From the IMG/VR virus record IMGVR_UViG_3300038701_001337, positions 1 through 48,966 of that record: 48,966 bases of DNA. One strand, given 5' to 3'. The notes beneath the pieces were generated by a model. That model ran no database searches and was not told the DNA's origin. It saw only the letters and a list, made by a program, of their open reading frames with translations. Shown piece by piece: positions 17,437 to 24,711 of this stretch; the first letter of the stretch is position 1, and the number at the start of each line of letters is the position of its first letter. Both the position numbers and the translations under genes were made by a program. This DNA is from a virus.

Positions 17437-17709
17437 CACTTTTTTGAAAATTTTTGGAAATTTATTTCTAGCAGCATTAATTGACTTTTCATCAAAGTGC
17501 CTGACAATTGCATAATTTCCTTTTTTAGATGTTGTATTTAAAGGAAGAACATGCCAGTCAATATTGTAAGGAATGCGCCGCCAGCAAAGTTCAATAAAGC
17601 CACGCACAGACTTCTTTGGAACATGGAACCATAACATACCAAGACCTTCAACGCAAAAACCACGGCTACAATTATCCTTTAGTAGCTTTTCAGCTTGATA
17701 TATGTTCAT
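17434..17709 (-). CDS. Hypothetical protein (91 aa)
   Basis: ORF in the co-directional array. Confidence 0.55.
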   Translation of the reverse strand: MNIYQAEKLLKDNCSRGFCVEGLGMLWFHVPKKSVRGFIELCWRRIPYNIDWHVLPLNTTSKKGNYAIVRHFDEKSINAARNKFPKIFKKV

Positions 17710-17804
17710 CTTGCAACCCTATAAATAACTGCAACATCCAAAAGCACAGTCAATATATTTGACAGCCCCCAGCCATATTGTTCAACTAATATGAATGTGA
17801 TCAT
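17706..17804 (-). CDS. Small hydrophobic protein (32 aa); below the ORF-track cutoff
   Basis: MITFILVEQYGWGLSNILTVLLDVAVIYRVAR; its stop overlaps the next ATG (ATGA). Confidence 0.35.
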   Translation of the reverse strand: MITFILVEQYGWGLSNILTVLLDVAVIYRVAR

Positions 17805-17818
17805 GATAAATTCTCTTT

Positions 17819-18160
17819 TCAAATTCTATTTAATGTGTCTATAGATGGTTGCAGGTTGGAACCCCACAACTCAACAATAACTGCTTTGCGGCAATCTTGG
17901 TAAATTATTCTTGATGGATTTTGCCAGAATTTGAAAACTTTTCCAAAAGCATCTATTCTATGTTCATTATAGACTGCTTTATATTCAACATCAATTGCAA
18001 TAAGTTTATCAACAAATAAAGAAAACTCATATTTCAAAGTGCCCAAATTTTCACTTTTGACCAAAGCAATTTCATAATCACTTTTCATAAATTGAATAAA
18101 ATTCATTTTATCAAATTTTGAATTTATAAGATAATTATGGTATTTTCTCATATTAAACAA
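17819..18160 (-). CDS. Hypothetical protein (113 aa)
   Basis: ORF with AGGAG upstream. Confidence 0.6.
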   Translation of the reverse strand: MFNMRKYHNYLINSKFDKMNFIQFMKSDYEIALVKSENLGTLKYEFSLFVDKLIAIDVEYKAVYNEHRIDAFGKVFKFWQNPSRIIYQDCRKAVIVELWGSNLQPSIDTLNRI

Positions 18161-18177
18161 CTCCTATTTTCAATAAA

Positions 18178-18252
18178 CTATTTACTTTCAATAGTGCTAT
18201 TTAAAGCATTGCAAATTAACTCTGCTTGCTCTTTTTCAAAGCACTCACACAT
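18178..18252 (-). CDS. Small Cys-rich ORF (24 aa: MCECFEKEQAELICNALNSTIESK), directly in-frame after the TAA of 18253..18363
   Basis: My own translation; its ATG immediately follows the TAA in the same frame. Confidence 0.35.
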   Translation of the reverse strand: MCECFEKEQAELICNALNSTIESK

Positions 18253-18363
18253 TTACAAAAAATTTCCTTGAATTTGGTCACAAGGAACAGAAGTATCAAT
18301 CACTGTGTATTCAAAACAGCAGTGGCCACTTTGGCTCCCTTCAATTACTTTATAACGTTTCAT
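18253..18363 (-). CDS. Small Cys-rich ORF (36 aa: MKRYKVIEGSQSGHCCFEYTVIDTSVPCDQIQGNFL)
   Basis: My own translation; the ATG is 1 nt after the stop of 18365..18583. Confidence 0.45.
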   Translation of the reverse strand: MKRYKVIEGSQSGHCCFEYTVIDTSVPCDQIQGNFL

Positions 18364-18364
18364 A

Positions 18365-18583
18365 TTAAACAACTCCTAAAACTTCAAGCGCACATTTAAC
18401 TGTCATTGGATGGTATTTGCCACCTTTCATTGATTTATGACCTTTGCGATTCAACTCCCGTGCTGCGCCTGCAAATGACTGCTCTTGTAAATATGCCAAT
18501 TCAATATAAAATCTTTGGCTTTCCCAAAACTCAAGACACTTCTTTTGATATGCCTCACCGCCATTAGTACCTTGATGCATCAT
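18365..18583 (-). CDS. Hypothetical protein (72 aa)
   Basis: ORF in the co-directional array. Confidence 0.55.
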   Translation of the reverse strand: MMHQGTNGGEAYQKKCLEFWESQRFYIELAYLQEQSFAGAARELNRKGHKSMKGGKYHPMTVKCALEVLGVV

Positions 18584-18810
18584 TCAAACTCCATAACTGC
18601 ATTTTCAATTATTTTTCCAATTATCTTATTGCCAATAAATTCAATAAGTGGCGTGACATCACTGCCTTCAACTTTCAAAGACAATAATTCATACTCTTCT
18701 GGAAAATATTCCATTTCAAAAGACGAATTTTGTTTTGGTGTATAATTATAGGTAACATCAAACTCAATTAACTTGTCTTCAATCTCAAGTATAATTACTT
18801 CACTTTTCAT
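18580..18810 (-). CDS. Hypothetical protein (76 aa)
   Basis: ORF with a 4-nt overlap to its neighbour. Confidence 0.55.
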   Translation of the reverse strand: MKSEVIILEIEDKLIEFDVTYNYTPKQNSSFEMEYFPEEYELLSLKVEGSDVTPLIEFIGNKIIGKIIENAVMEFE

Positions 18811-18811
18811 A

Positions 18812-19387
18812 TTAAAGGCCCACCAATCTCATTGCACATCTATTGGAACAGCAAGGATAATTGCCTTGCATTACAAAATCTTTCTCTGCAATTTTCTTTC
18901 CACAATTCTCACAATTTGTGAATCCATCAAATGCCTCATAAAAACCAATTTTGTTTGGGAAATTTGGGTGGAAATATTCCTCACCTTTTGATGGAAATTG
19001 CAGAGCAGTTGGATCATGAATTTTACCATTATTATCTTCCAACCACCAATGTGGCTCTTTATTTGGCCAACTAGGCTCATGGTACCACCCACGGACTAAT
19101 TTCAATTCATTTGGAAATTCTTCAAGAAGTTTTTCACACTCTTCTTTACACTTACCTCTGAATTTTTTATAAAAATTTTGGTATGAAATATCTTCAAGCT
19201 TTTCAAAATAATCAGGCTCACTGTCCCAATCATTACCAATTGGTGAGAACATGTGATCACAACCAAGGTCATCAATTATTACAAAATAATCACCACATTC
19301 AAAATCAATTTTGTAAATTTTACCAACTGTAATATTTGACTTTCCATCATCGATGCCAAAGCAAGGCTTTGTACATAATAAATACAT
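18812..19387 (-). CDS. Hypothetical protein with C-terminal zinc ribbon (191 aa)
   Basis: CENCGKK...CCSNRC; preceded by AAAACTGGGGAG. Confidence 0.6.
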   Translation of the reverse strand: MYLLCTKPCFGIDDGKSNITVGKIYKIDFECGDYFVIIDDLGCDHMFSPIGNDWDSEPDYFEKLEDISYQNFYKKFRGKCKEECEKLLEEFPNELKLVRGWYHEPSWPNKEPHWWLEDNNGKIHDPTALQFPSKGEEYFHPNFPNKIGFYEAFDGFTNCENCGKKIAEKDFVMQGNYPCCSNRCAMRLVGL

Positions 19388-19403
19388 TTCAAACTCCCCA
19401 GTT

Positions 19404-19598
19404 TTATTTTAATGTTTTCAAGGCCCATTTATTGGCCTCAATAGCACAGGTGAAACTTTTATTCACTTTGTTGCTAGGCTTTTTCTTTTCAAAAGCGCTA
19501 ACAACAAGCACATTAAAAGCTAGAACAAATTCAACATCCCACTTTTTCTGCCTTTCAATGTTGATACAAGTTTTGCCAAAATCACTTAAACCAAGCAT
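19404..19598 (-). CDS. Hypothetical protein (64 aa), first gene of the leftward arm
   Basis: ORF preceded by AAAACTGGAGAT. Confidence 0.5.
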   Translation of the reverse strand: MLGLSDFGKTCINIERQKKWDVEFVLAFNVLVVSAFEKKKPSNKVNKSFTCAIEANKWALKTLK

Positions 19599-19630
19599 TT
19601 TTGAAATCTCCAGTTTTATTGACTGTTTGT

Positions 19631-19659
19631 AGTATACGCCCAGTTAAGCTTCAAGTAAA
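19631..19659 (-). promoter_or_regulatory. Putative leftward promoter (TTTACT-N17-TATACT)
   Basis: Minus strand reads tttacttgaagcttaactgggcgtatact, about 30 nt upstream of the first leftward gene. Confidence 0.4.
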
Positions 19660-19666
19660 CAAAAAA

Positions 19667-19684
19667 AACTACCATTTAACTACT
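19667..19684 (-). repeat. Two iteron-like boxes (AACTACC, AACTACT, the reverse complement of RGTAGTT) between the divergent promoters
   Basis: Same core as the six boxes at 22096..22397 but in the opposite orientation. Confidence 0.55.
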
Positions 19685-19713
19685 TTAAACGCACAAGGAC
19701 TATCCCCTATAAT
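19685..19713 (+). promoter_or_regulatory. Putative rightward promoter (TTAAAC-N17-TATAAT) for the initiator gene
   Basis: ttaaac gcacaaggactatcccc tataat, 88 nt upstream of ATG 19801. Confidence 0.4.
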
Positions 19714-19800
19714 AGCTAACTCCTATTTATAGGCGCTAAGCCACTCCGCTGCCCATAGCCTTGGGCAAATCCTTTACTATATAGGGCATACTGGAATAAA

Positions 19801-22092
19801 ATGAGACTATCTATAATTAGCACAGGCGATGCTAGACGCACTGTTGCAGATTCTGTTTTTGATGGAACCTTCTCAGAGCTGGCAGAGAATTTTTCAACCT
19901 ATAGACCAAACAAAAGTAAACATGATGGGTATATAGTACGTGGCGAACTCCACGGCAAAAGATCAAACATTAACTTGCCCCGTGCTGAGATTCTTGTACT
20001 TGATGGTGACCAAACTGGTTGGGATTCTAAGAATATTGAAAACCCAAACTCAGCACCAAACCCAAAAATACTTCATGATTTTCTGGTTGAGGAAAACATT
20101 AACCACTTTATCTACACAACGCACAGTTATGCACCGCCAGAAAAAATAAAATGGCGATGTGTTATTGAATGCCCTATGGAGGATAAAGGGCAATTGAAAC
20201 CAACGCTTCAAACTCTTTTTGAATTCTTGCACAAAAATGAATATCCATTATTAAATGTTAAAGAAAACTGGACTTGGTCACAGCCTTGGTTTTTCCCAAA
20301 TAGGGATGAGGATGATGGCAAGTTTATTTTCTTGAAATATTTAAAAGGTGTTCCATTTTTAGCTCAAGAAGCTGATGTGGTTTCAACTTCTTCACTATTA
20401 ATCAAAAACGCTCCTATTAAGTATGATTCAGAAACATCATACAGAGACAACGTGTCTGCAATTCGTGAAGGCATATCATACTATAAAGAGTTACAAAACA
20501 TTCTGTATGGTATGGCTAAAGATGGACGCGCAAAAGATGTCATTGAGGCTGATGCTGAGATGATTATGCTTGCTAGTAAAGCAGCTAATCCAAACCACCC
20601 AGAGCATGAAAAATGGCAGCAACGCTATGATCAAATCCCAACTTATGTTCAACAAGCAGTTGATTGTGAGAAAGAGGATGATGATTATGTTGATTTGACT
20701 GATATTGAAGTAAAAGATTCACAAGTCCAACATCACAATTTGGATTTTCCACCTGCATTAGCTGGTGAATTGTGCAAAAACTTCTATGAAATGTCACCTC
20801 ACCCAAATGAAGAAATTGCATTAGTTGGGGCAATTGGCTTAATTGCTGGAATAGTTGGCCGCAAATACAATGTTTTAGGCACTGGTTTGAACATTTATGC
20901 TACTCTTTTAGCAGATTCTGGTGTTGGTAAATCTGTTATTAAGAACGGTGTTAATAAGGCTTTGCGTGCTTCTGGCATTATGCAGGCTGGAACTTACTCT
21001 GGAGCAAGCCGATTTACTGGCCCTAAAGCTATATTTGAGATGCTTTCTTTGGGCATGTCACGTGTTTGTGTTATTGAAGAAGCTGGCTTGGTTAATGAAT
21101 CTCAGGCTGGTGACACTTCTGGTATTAATAGAGCAATGCTTGATTTATATACTTCAAGTGGCGCTGGTGAATATGCTGGTGGTGAAAACTATTCAGACTC
21201 AAAGCAAAATATACCCGTGCTTGCCAGTCCTGCATTGACAATAGTTAACATTTCAACACCAAAATCTTATCTACAAGCAATGAAAAATAAAGGCTCTGAA
21301 CTGTCTGGTGAAATTGCACGTATGTGGTTGACTCGAACTTTGCGTGAGAAGTCCTATTTGAATGTTAGCAGAAGAAAGGATTTTGACAAGGATGTGCGCA
21401 ACAGAATTAATGAATTAATCCAATTTTGCATGGACAAGCAAGACCCAAATAAGCCAGATAAAGTAATTGATATTGAAATTGATGGTGTTGATTTACAGAA
21501 AGAATCAAACTATTGGGTTGATAAAGAAAATGAATTCAAGAGCCAAGGTGACACATTAAGACGCACAATTGCTTCACGTGCATTTATTAAAACAGTTAAA
21601 TTAGCAGCTATTGTTTCAGTCTTCAATGGCTATAGTTCTATTGATAAAGATTCTTTCAATTGGGCCAAGAAAGCTGTTGAAACTGAAATGATGCTCATTC
21701 AGCAGACATTTATGTTTGAGGCTACTGATGATTTATCTGAGCTTGTTTTAAATACTATTTGTCCAGTTATATTGAAAATGGTCAAAGGTGGATACCAAAC
21801 TGTTAAAATATCACCAAATGCAGAGCTTAGAAAAAGAGGCATGTTCACGCTTCAAAATATAAGCCAAGCCATGAAACAGAATAAATTGTTGAAAGAATTG
21901 GATGATGATACAAGTAGGGCTAATCCAAAAACAGGTATTGAGAAAGCTATTGAATACATGATTCGCAATGATTTATTGTTTGAATTGAAGGGTGAAGTGT
22001 TAGTTAACACAAGAAGAAAAACAAGAACCAAGTCCAGAAGACTCTATCAGATTACAGACTCTTTCAAACTTGCAATGGAAGATAATGTGTGA
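19801..22092 (+). CDS. Putative replication initiator: primase-like N-terminal region plus P-loop (SF3/DUF3987-like) helicase domain
   Basis: 763 aa; acidic ILVLDGD motif and THSY in the N-terminal third; Walker A LLADSGVGKS and Walker-B-like VCVIEEAG; iterons lie on both sides of the gene. Confidence 0.55.
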   Translation: MRLSIISTGDARRTVADSVFDGTFSELAENFSTYRPNKSKHDGYIVRGELHGKRSNINLPRAEILVLDGDQTGWDSKNIENPNSAPNPKILHDFLVEENINHFIYTTHSYAPPEKIKWRCVIECPMEDKGQLKPTLQTLFEFLHKNEYPLLNVKENWTWSQPWFFPNRDEDDGKFIFLKYLKGVPFLAQEADVVSTSSLLIKNAPIKYDSETSYRDNVSAIREGISYYKELQNILYGMAKDGRAKDVIEADAEMIMLASKAANPNHPEHEKWQQRYDQIPTYVQQAVDCEKEDDDYVDLTDIEVKDSQVQHHNLDFPPALAGELCKNFYEMSPHPNEEIALVGAIGLIAGIVGRKYNVLGTGLNIYATLLADSGVGKSVIKNGVNKALRASGIMQAGTYSGASRFTGPKAIFEMLSLGMSRVCVIEEAGLVNESQAGDTSGINRAMLDLYTSSGAGEYAGGENYSDSKQNIPVLASPALTIVNISTPKSYLQAMKNKGSELSGEIARMWLTRTLREKSYLNVSRRKDFDKDVRNRINELIQFCMDKQDPNKPDKVIDIEIDGVDLQKESNYWVDKENEFKSQGDTLRRTIASRAFIKTVKLAAIVSVFNGYSSIDKDSFNWAKKAVETEMMLIQQTFMFEATDDLSELVLNTICPVILKMVKGGYQTVKISPNAELRKRGMFTLQNISQAMKQNKLLKELDDDTSRANPKTGIEKAIEYMIRNDLLFELKGEVLVNTRRKTRTKSRRLYQITDSFKLAMEDNV

Positions 22093-22095
22093 AAA

Positions 22096-22397
22096 GTAGT
22101 TTTCAAGTAATAAAAGAGATTGCAAGTCCTTGTTTTATAATGAAAACTCTAAGGTAGTTTCTGTTAAGTATATGTTTTATATGATGAAATCCGAGAACAG
22201 AGATTGGTAGTTTTTTCAATATATCCAGTTAAGTGTATGAAAATAAAGGGAAAAAGCGTGAAAAAGCAAGGTAGTTTTGCTTTCTGGGGTGTGGGTGCCT
22301 AAGAGGGTGTCTCGCTAAGAATTGAACTACCTTTATCACCCGTGATAGAGAAACTTTATAAATAACATATACTTAATAAGAGTTTAATTAGTAGTTT
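22096..22397 (+). repeat. Iteron array (six RGTAGTT(T) boxes, one inverted) followed by an AT-rich tract; putative replication origin
   Basis: Boxes at 22096, 22153, 22206, 22270, 22325 (inverted) and 22390, spaced about 53-65 nt. Palindrome TATCAC-CC-GTGATA at 22334..22347. Very AT-rich tract at 22351..22425. Confidence 0.55.
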
Positions 22398-22449
22398 ATT
22401 AGTATATATATAGTATAATAAACAGAGCCTTACACAATTGGAGTGTAAA

Positions 22450-22896
22450 ATGATTATTTCAAGTAATTATCCAACTGTTTTTGCAAAGCGTCTTGCAAGA
22501 AAAGTTGGTTTATATGATGTAAAGTCAAATCTGGAATATAGATTGACAATAAGTGATTATGAAGAAGATGAGCTGGACCAACACAAGACATTGGCTGAAT
22601 TTCAACAAATGGCAATAAGCTCAAAATTTGAGGATTGCCTCATTGCATTCCACGGACAAAAAATAAATAAGAAACAAAGTGATGCTTTGCAGATAATTCA
22701 CAAATCAACTGTGCCTTGGCTATTAGGTCATGTTGCTGGCCAACTTACTGAAAAGATAAATTCAAGCAATGATAAAGATTTTGTTGATGCTTGTGAGTCA
22801 TTAGTTGAAATATTACTGAAAGAACAAAATGGAACAGGTGGAAATGGAATATCAAAAACAGGTGCTAGAAAACTTCTGATAAAATTGAAAAGTTAA
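22450..22896 (+). CDS. Hypothetical protein (148 aa)
   Basis: ORF with start moved to ATG 22450, which has GGAG 6 nt upstream (the track start is TTG). Confidence 0.6.
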   Translation: MIISSNYPTVFAKRLARKVGLYDVKSNLEYRLTISDYEEDELDQHKTLAEFQQMAISSKFEDCLIAFHGQKINKKQSDALQIIHKSTVPWLLGHVAGQLTEKINSSNDKDFVDACESLVEILLKEQNGTGGNGISKTGARKLLIKLKS

Positions 22897-22915
22897 TTAT
22901 TGTTCAGTTGTGCTA

Positions 22916-22945
22916 TTTACTTCCTATAATGTTAGGCTCTATAAT
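22916..22945 (+). promoter_or_regulatory. Putative promoter (TTTACT-N18-TATAAT) upstream of the tRNA cluster
   Basis: tttacttcctataatgttaggctctataat; the same -35 hexamer appears in two other predicted promoters. Confidence 0.35.
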
Positions 22946-23175
22946 TAAGGCTCTTTACAAGAATGTTGTTATTAATTTCACTGTTATGCTGCTAAGGTGG
23001 ATATTATGTAAACTATTATTGATTAAAGAGTCTTTGCTGAAGTTATTGGGCAAGAGTTGTAACTTGCCCAATAAAGTTCTTTTAAGAGGCAATGCACAGA
23101 TTCAACCAGTGATTGATTTATAGCGTTGAATATATGAATCAATTAAGCTGCTGTGTTGCGCCTTAAAAGAATTTA

Positions 23176-23258
23176 GGTCAGTTGGCAGATATTGGTAATT
23201 GCCCAAATGTGATTTTTGAGTCACATGGTTCAAGGTTCAAATCCTTGACTGACTGCCA
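23176..23258 (+). tRNA. Atypical tRNA-shaped gene (80 nt plus encoded CCA) with a non-canonical anticodon arm (8-nt loop TTTTTGAG)
   Basis: Acceptor GGTCAGT/ACTGACT, D arm GCAG..GG..TTGC, T arm CAAGG-TTCAAAT-CCTTG, discriminator G and CCA. The anticodon stem TGTGA/TCACA closes 8 nt, and extra nucleotides precede the stem. Confidence 0.5.
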
Positions 23259-23265
23259 GAATTAA

Positions 23266-23325
23266 AAGAGTTGGTTGCTGTATATCTCGCTCGCTGCGTT
23301 CTCCAGTTTGCAGCAATCAACTCTT
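23266..23325 (+). other. 15-bp stem with a 30-nt loop between tRNA genes
   Basis: aagagttggttgctg pairs with cagcaatcaactctt (one G-U pair); the loop contains CTCCAGTTTG. Confidence 0.6.
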
Positions 23326-23337
23326 AACCAATTTAAT

Positions 23338-23413
23338 GCACCCTTAGTTCAATGGATAGAATAATTGCCTTCTAAGCAATTGGTTATTGGTTCGATTCCA
23401 ATAGGGTGTGCCA
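23338..23413 (+). tRNA. tRNA-Arg (anticodon UCU), canonical 73 nt plus encoded CCA
   Basis: Folded by hand: acceptor GCACCCT/AGGGTGT, D GTTC/GAAT, anticodon stem ATTGC/GCAAT with loop CT-TCT-AA, T arm ATTGG-TTCGATT-CCAAT. Confidence 0.9.
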
Positions 23414-23419
23414 AATTAT

Positions 23420-23509
23420 GGGTTGTATAGTTCAATTGGATGGAACAAGTGTGCAGCTGCAGTAAAAAGAGACACTATTGTGTAGGTTCAAATCCTATAT
23501 GGTGCACCA
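23420..23509 (+). tRNA. Aberrant tRNA-like gene or pseudogene (87 nt plus CCA): good D and T arms, 19-nt anticodon loop, weak acceptor stem
   Basis: D arm GTTC-AATTGGATG-GAAC, stem AGTGT/ACACT enclosing GCAGCTGCAGTAAAAAGAG, T arm GTAGG-TTCAAAT-CCTAT, then ATGGTGC-A-CCA. The acceptor pairing has 2 Watson-Crick pairs, 4 G-U pairs and 1 mismatch. Confidence 0.3.
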
Positions 23510-23532
23510 TTTAACAAAACTGGAAGATTGTT

Positions 23533-23865
23533 ATGAATAATTTAGAAAAAGATTGTGAAAGATTGATTGATTATTTGGGCGATCAAATAAATGAAGATTC
23601 TGTTCAATTTATAAAGAACACATTTGCAAATATTGAAAAAGAACAACAGTCAAATTCAATTTATCCTCAATTTAAAAGAGTTGGTGATTTTGAAATCTCT
23701 GAAGGTGGATTAAGCAAGCTCGATTACTTTGCTGGGAAGGCTTTGGGAGTAATTGACTTTTCACTTGTTGAGACATTTGGCAGTGAAAGTGTTTCTCAAC
23801 AGGTTTATGACATAGCTGAAGCCATGGTTGAAGAGTCCATGAAAAGACAGCTAAATATAGAATAA
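23533..23865 (+). CDS. Hypothetical protein (110 aa)
   Basis: ORF preceded by AAAACTGGAAG. Confidence 0.6.
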   Translation: MNNLEKDCERLIDYLGDQINEDSVQFIKNTFANIEKEQQSNSIYPQFKRVGDFEISEGGLSKLDYFAGKALGVIDFSLVETFGSESVSQQVYDIAEAMVEESMKRQLNIE

Positions 23866-23871
23866 TTCAAT

Positions 23872-23894
23872 AATGGGCTTGCTGGCCCATTTTG
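23872..23894 (+). terminator. Possible Rho-independent terminator
   Basis: aatgggc-ttgctg-gcccatt followed by ttg. Confidence 0.4.
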
Positions 23895-23909
23895 CATATC
23901 TGGTGAATT

Positions 23910-24134
23910 ATGAATATACAACAAGCAATAAAACACATTGATGAAACAAAGGAAGAACTTGAATTAATTATCATGGCTGCAGGAATACCAAAAAGCAGGA
24001 TTGCATTTGCCGTCTCTGCACGGACAGTCAATGGCTGTTTTGAAATTTTAATGGAGATGATTATTCTTCCTGAGGCAACTCCAATAAATATTACTTTGGA
24101 TTTTCACAGTGGTAATCAATTTACAATTCATTAG
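23910..24134 (+). CDS. Hypothetical protein (74 aa)
   Basis: ORF only. Confidence 0.5.
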   Translation: MNIQQAIKHIDETKEELELIIMAAGIPKSRIAFAVSARTVNGCFEILMEMIILPEATPINITLDFHSGNQFTIH

Positions 24135-24150
24135 TTGAAAGGAAAATATC

Positions 24151-24711
24151 ATGGGTGGTTTACTTCAAAGATTTTTTGAATTAGCATTTAATGGTCTAGC
24201 TGCTCTTGGCTTCCAAGATTATTCAGAAATGAATAAAAAGCTAGGTGTGCAATGGGAGGCTTCAAGGCTGATAACACTTGGTGATGGTGCTCTTATTTAC
24301 TCAGTTATTAAAACTGGCCAATATCCAGTTGATCTAAAGAAGCGTGAGTTTGCATATTCAGGCTTGGGAGTTGTGGCTAATATCTACCTATCACCAGAAT
24401 ATACTGGTGGTGTTAGTGACCCATTATATAACATGAGGCCTTCACAGGGACAACCTGAAACGCAATTATTATCAGCAATTACATTGGTGAATGGTAATAA
24501 AGGCACTAAGTGTGGTGCAACTATTTATGCAATAGGCAACACATCAAACCAAGGTCAAGGAAGCACTTCACTTGCATATGCAACGAATAGAATTCTTGAG
24601 CCAAATTCAGAGTATTTACTTGAAATACTTTCACTAAGTGGGCAAGATGTAGCTGCTAGAATTGAATTTTATGAAGGCAATCTTGACCTTCCAAGAAAAG
24701 GGTTTGTTTAA
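24151..24711 (+). CDS. Hypothetical protein (186 aa)
   Basis: ORF with GAAAGGAAA upstream. Confidence 0.6.
   Translation: MGGLLQRFFELAFNGLAALGFQDYSEMNKKLGVQWEASRLITLGDGALIYSVIKTGQYPVDLKKREFAYSGLGVVANIYLSPEYTGGVSDPLYNMRPSQGQPETQLLSAITLVNGNKGTKCGATIYAIGNTSNQGQGSTSLAYATNRILEPNSEYLLEILSLSGQDVAARIEFYEGNLDLPRKGFV

Noticed and set aside
22284-22316. G-rich segment (GGGGTGTGGGTGCCTAAGAGGGTG) as a G-quadruplex
   Set aside because: There are only three G runs of 3 or more, so a canonical four-run G4 cannot form. I kept it only as a GC-rich island within the putative origin.
22096-22397. Possible CRISPR-like array
   Set aside because: The repeated core is only 7-9 nt, one copy is inverted, there are no 25-40-nt repeats and no cas genes. 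An iteron-type origin explains it better.
22908-23123. 71-aa plus-strand ORF upstream of the tRNA cluster
   Set aside because: It has a non-ATG start in the track, no RBS and a Leu/Ile/Lys-rich translation typical of AT-rich noncoding DNA. The region instead contains promoter-like boxes and a 9-bp hairpin (TTGGGCAAG/CTTGCCCAA, about 23045-23070).
23176-23509. tRNA-like sequences as an attP site for integration into a host tRNA
   Set aside because: I found no integrase, excisionase or repressor anywhere in the genome. The elements also carry full 5' halves and encoded CCA ends, so they are not just 3' tRNA fragments.
23415-23512. The third tRNA-like element read as a minus-strand tRNA
   Set aside because: The reverse complement lacks a TTC-type T loop (it reads GGATTTGAACC) and has no 3' CCA context. 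Only the plus-strand orientation gives tRNA-like arms.
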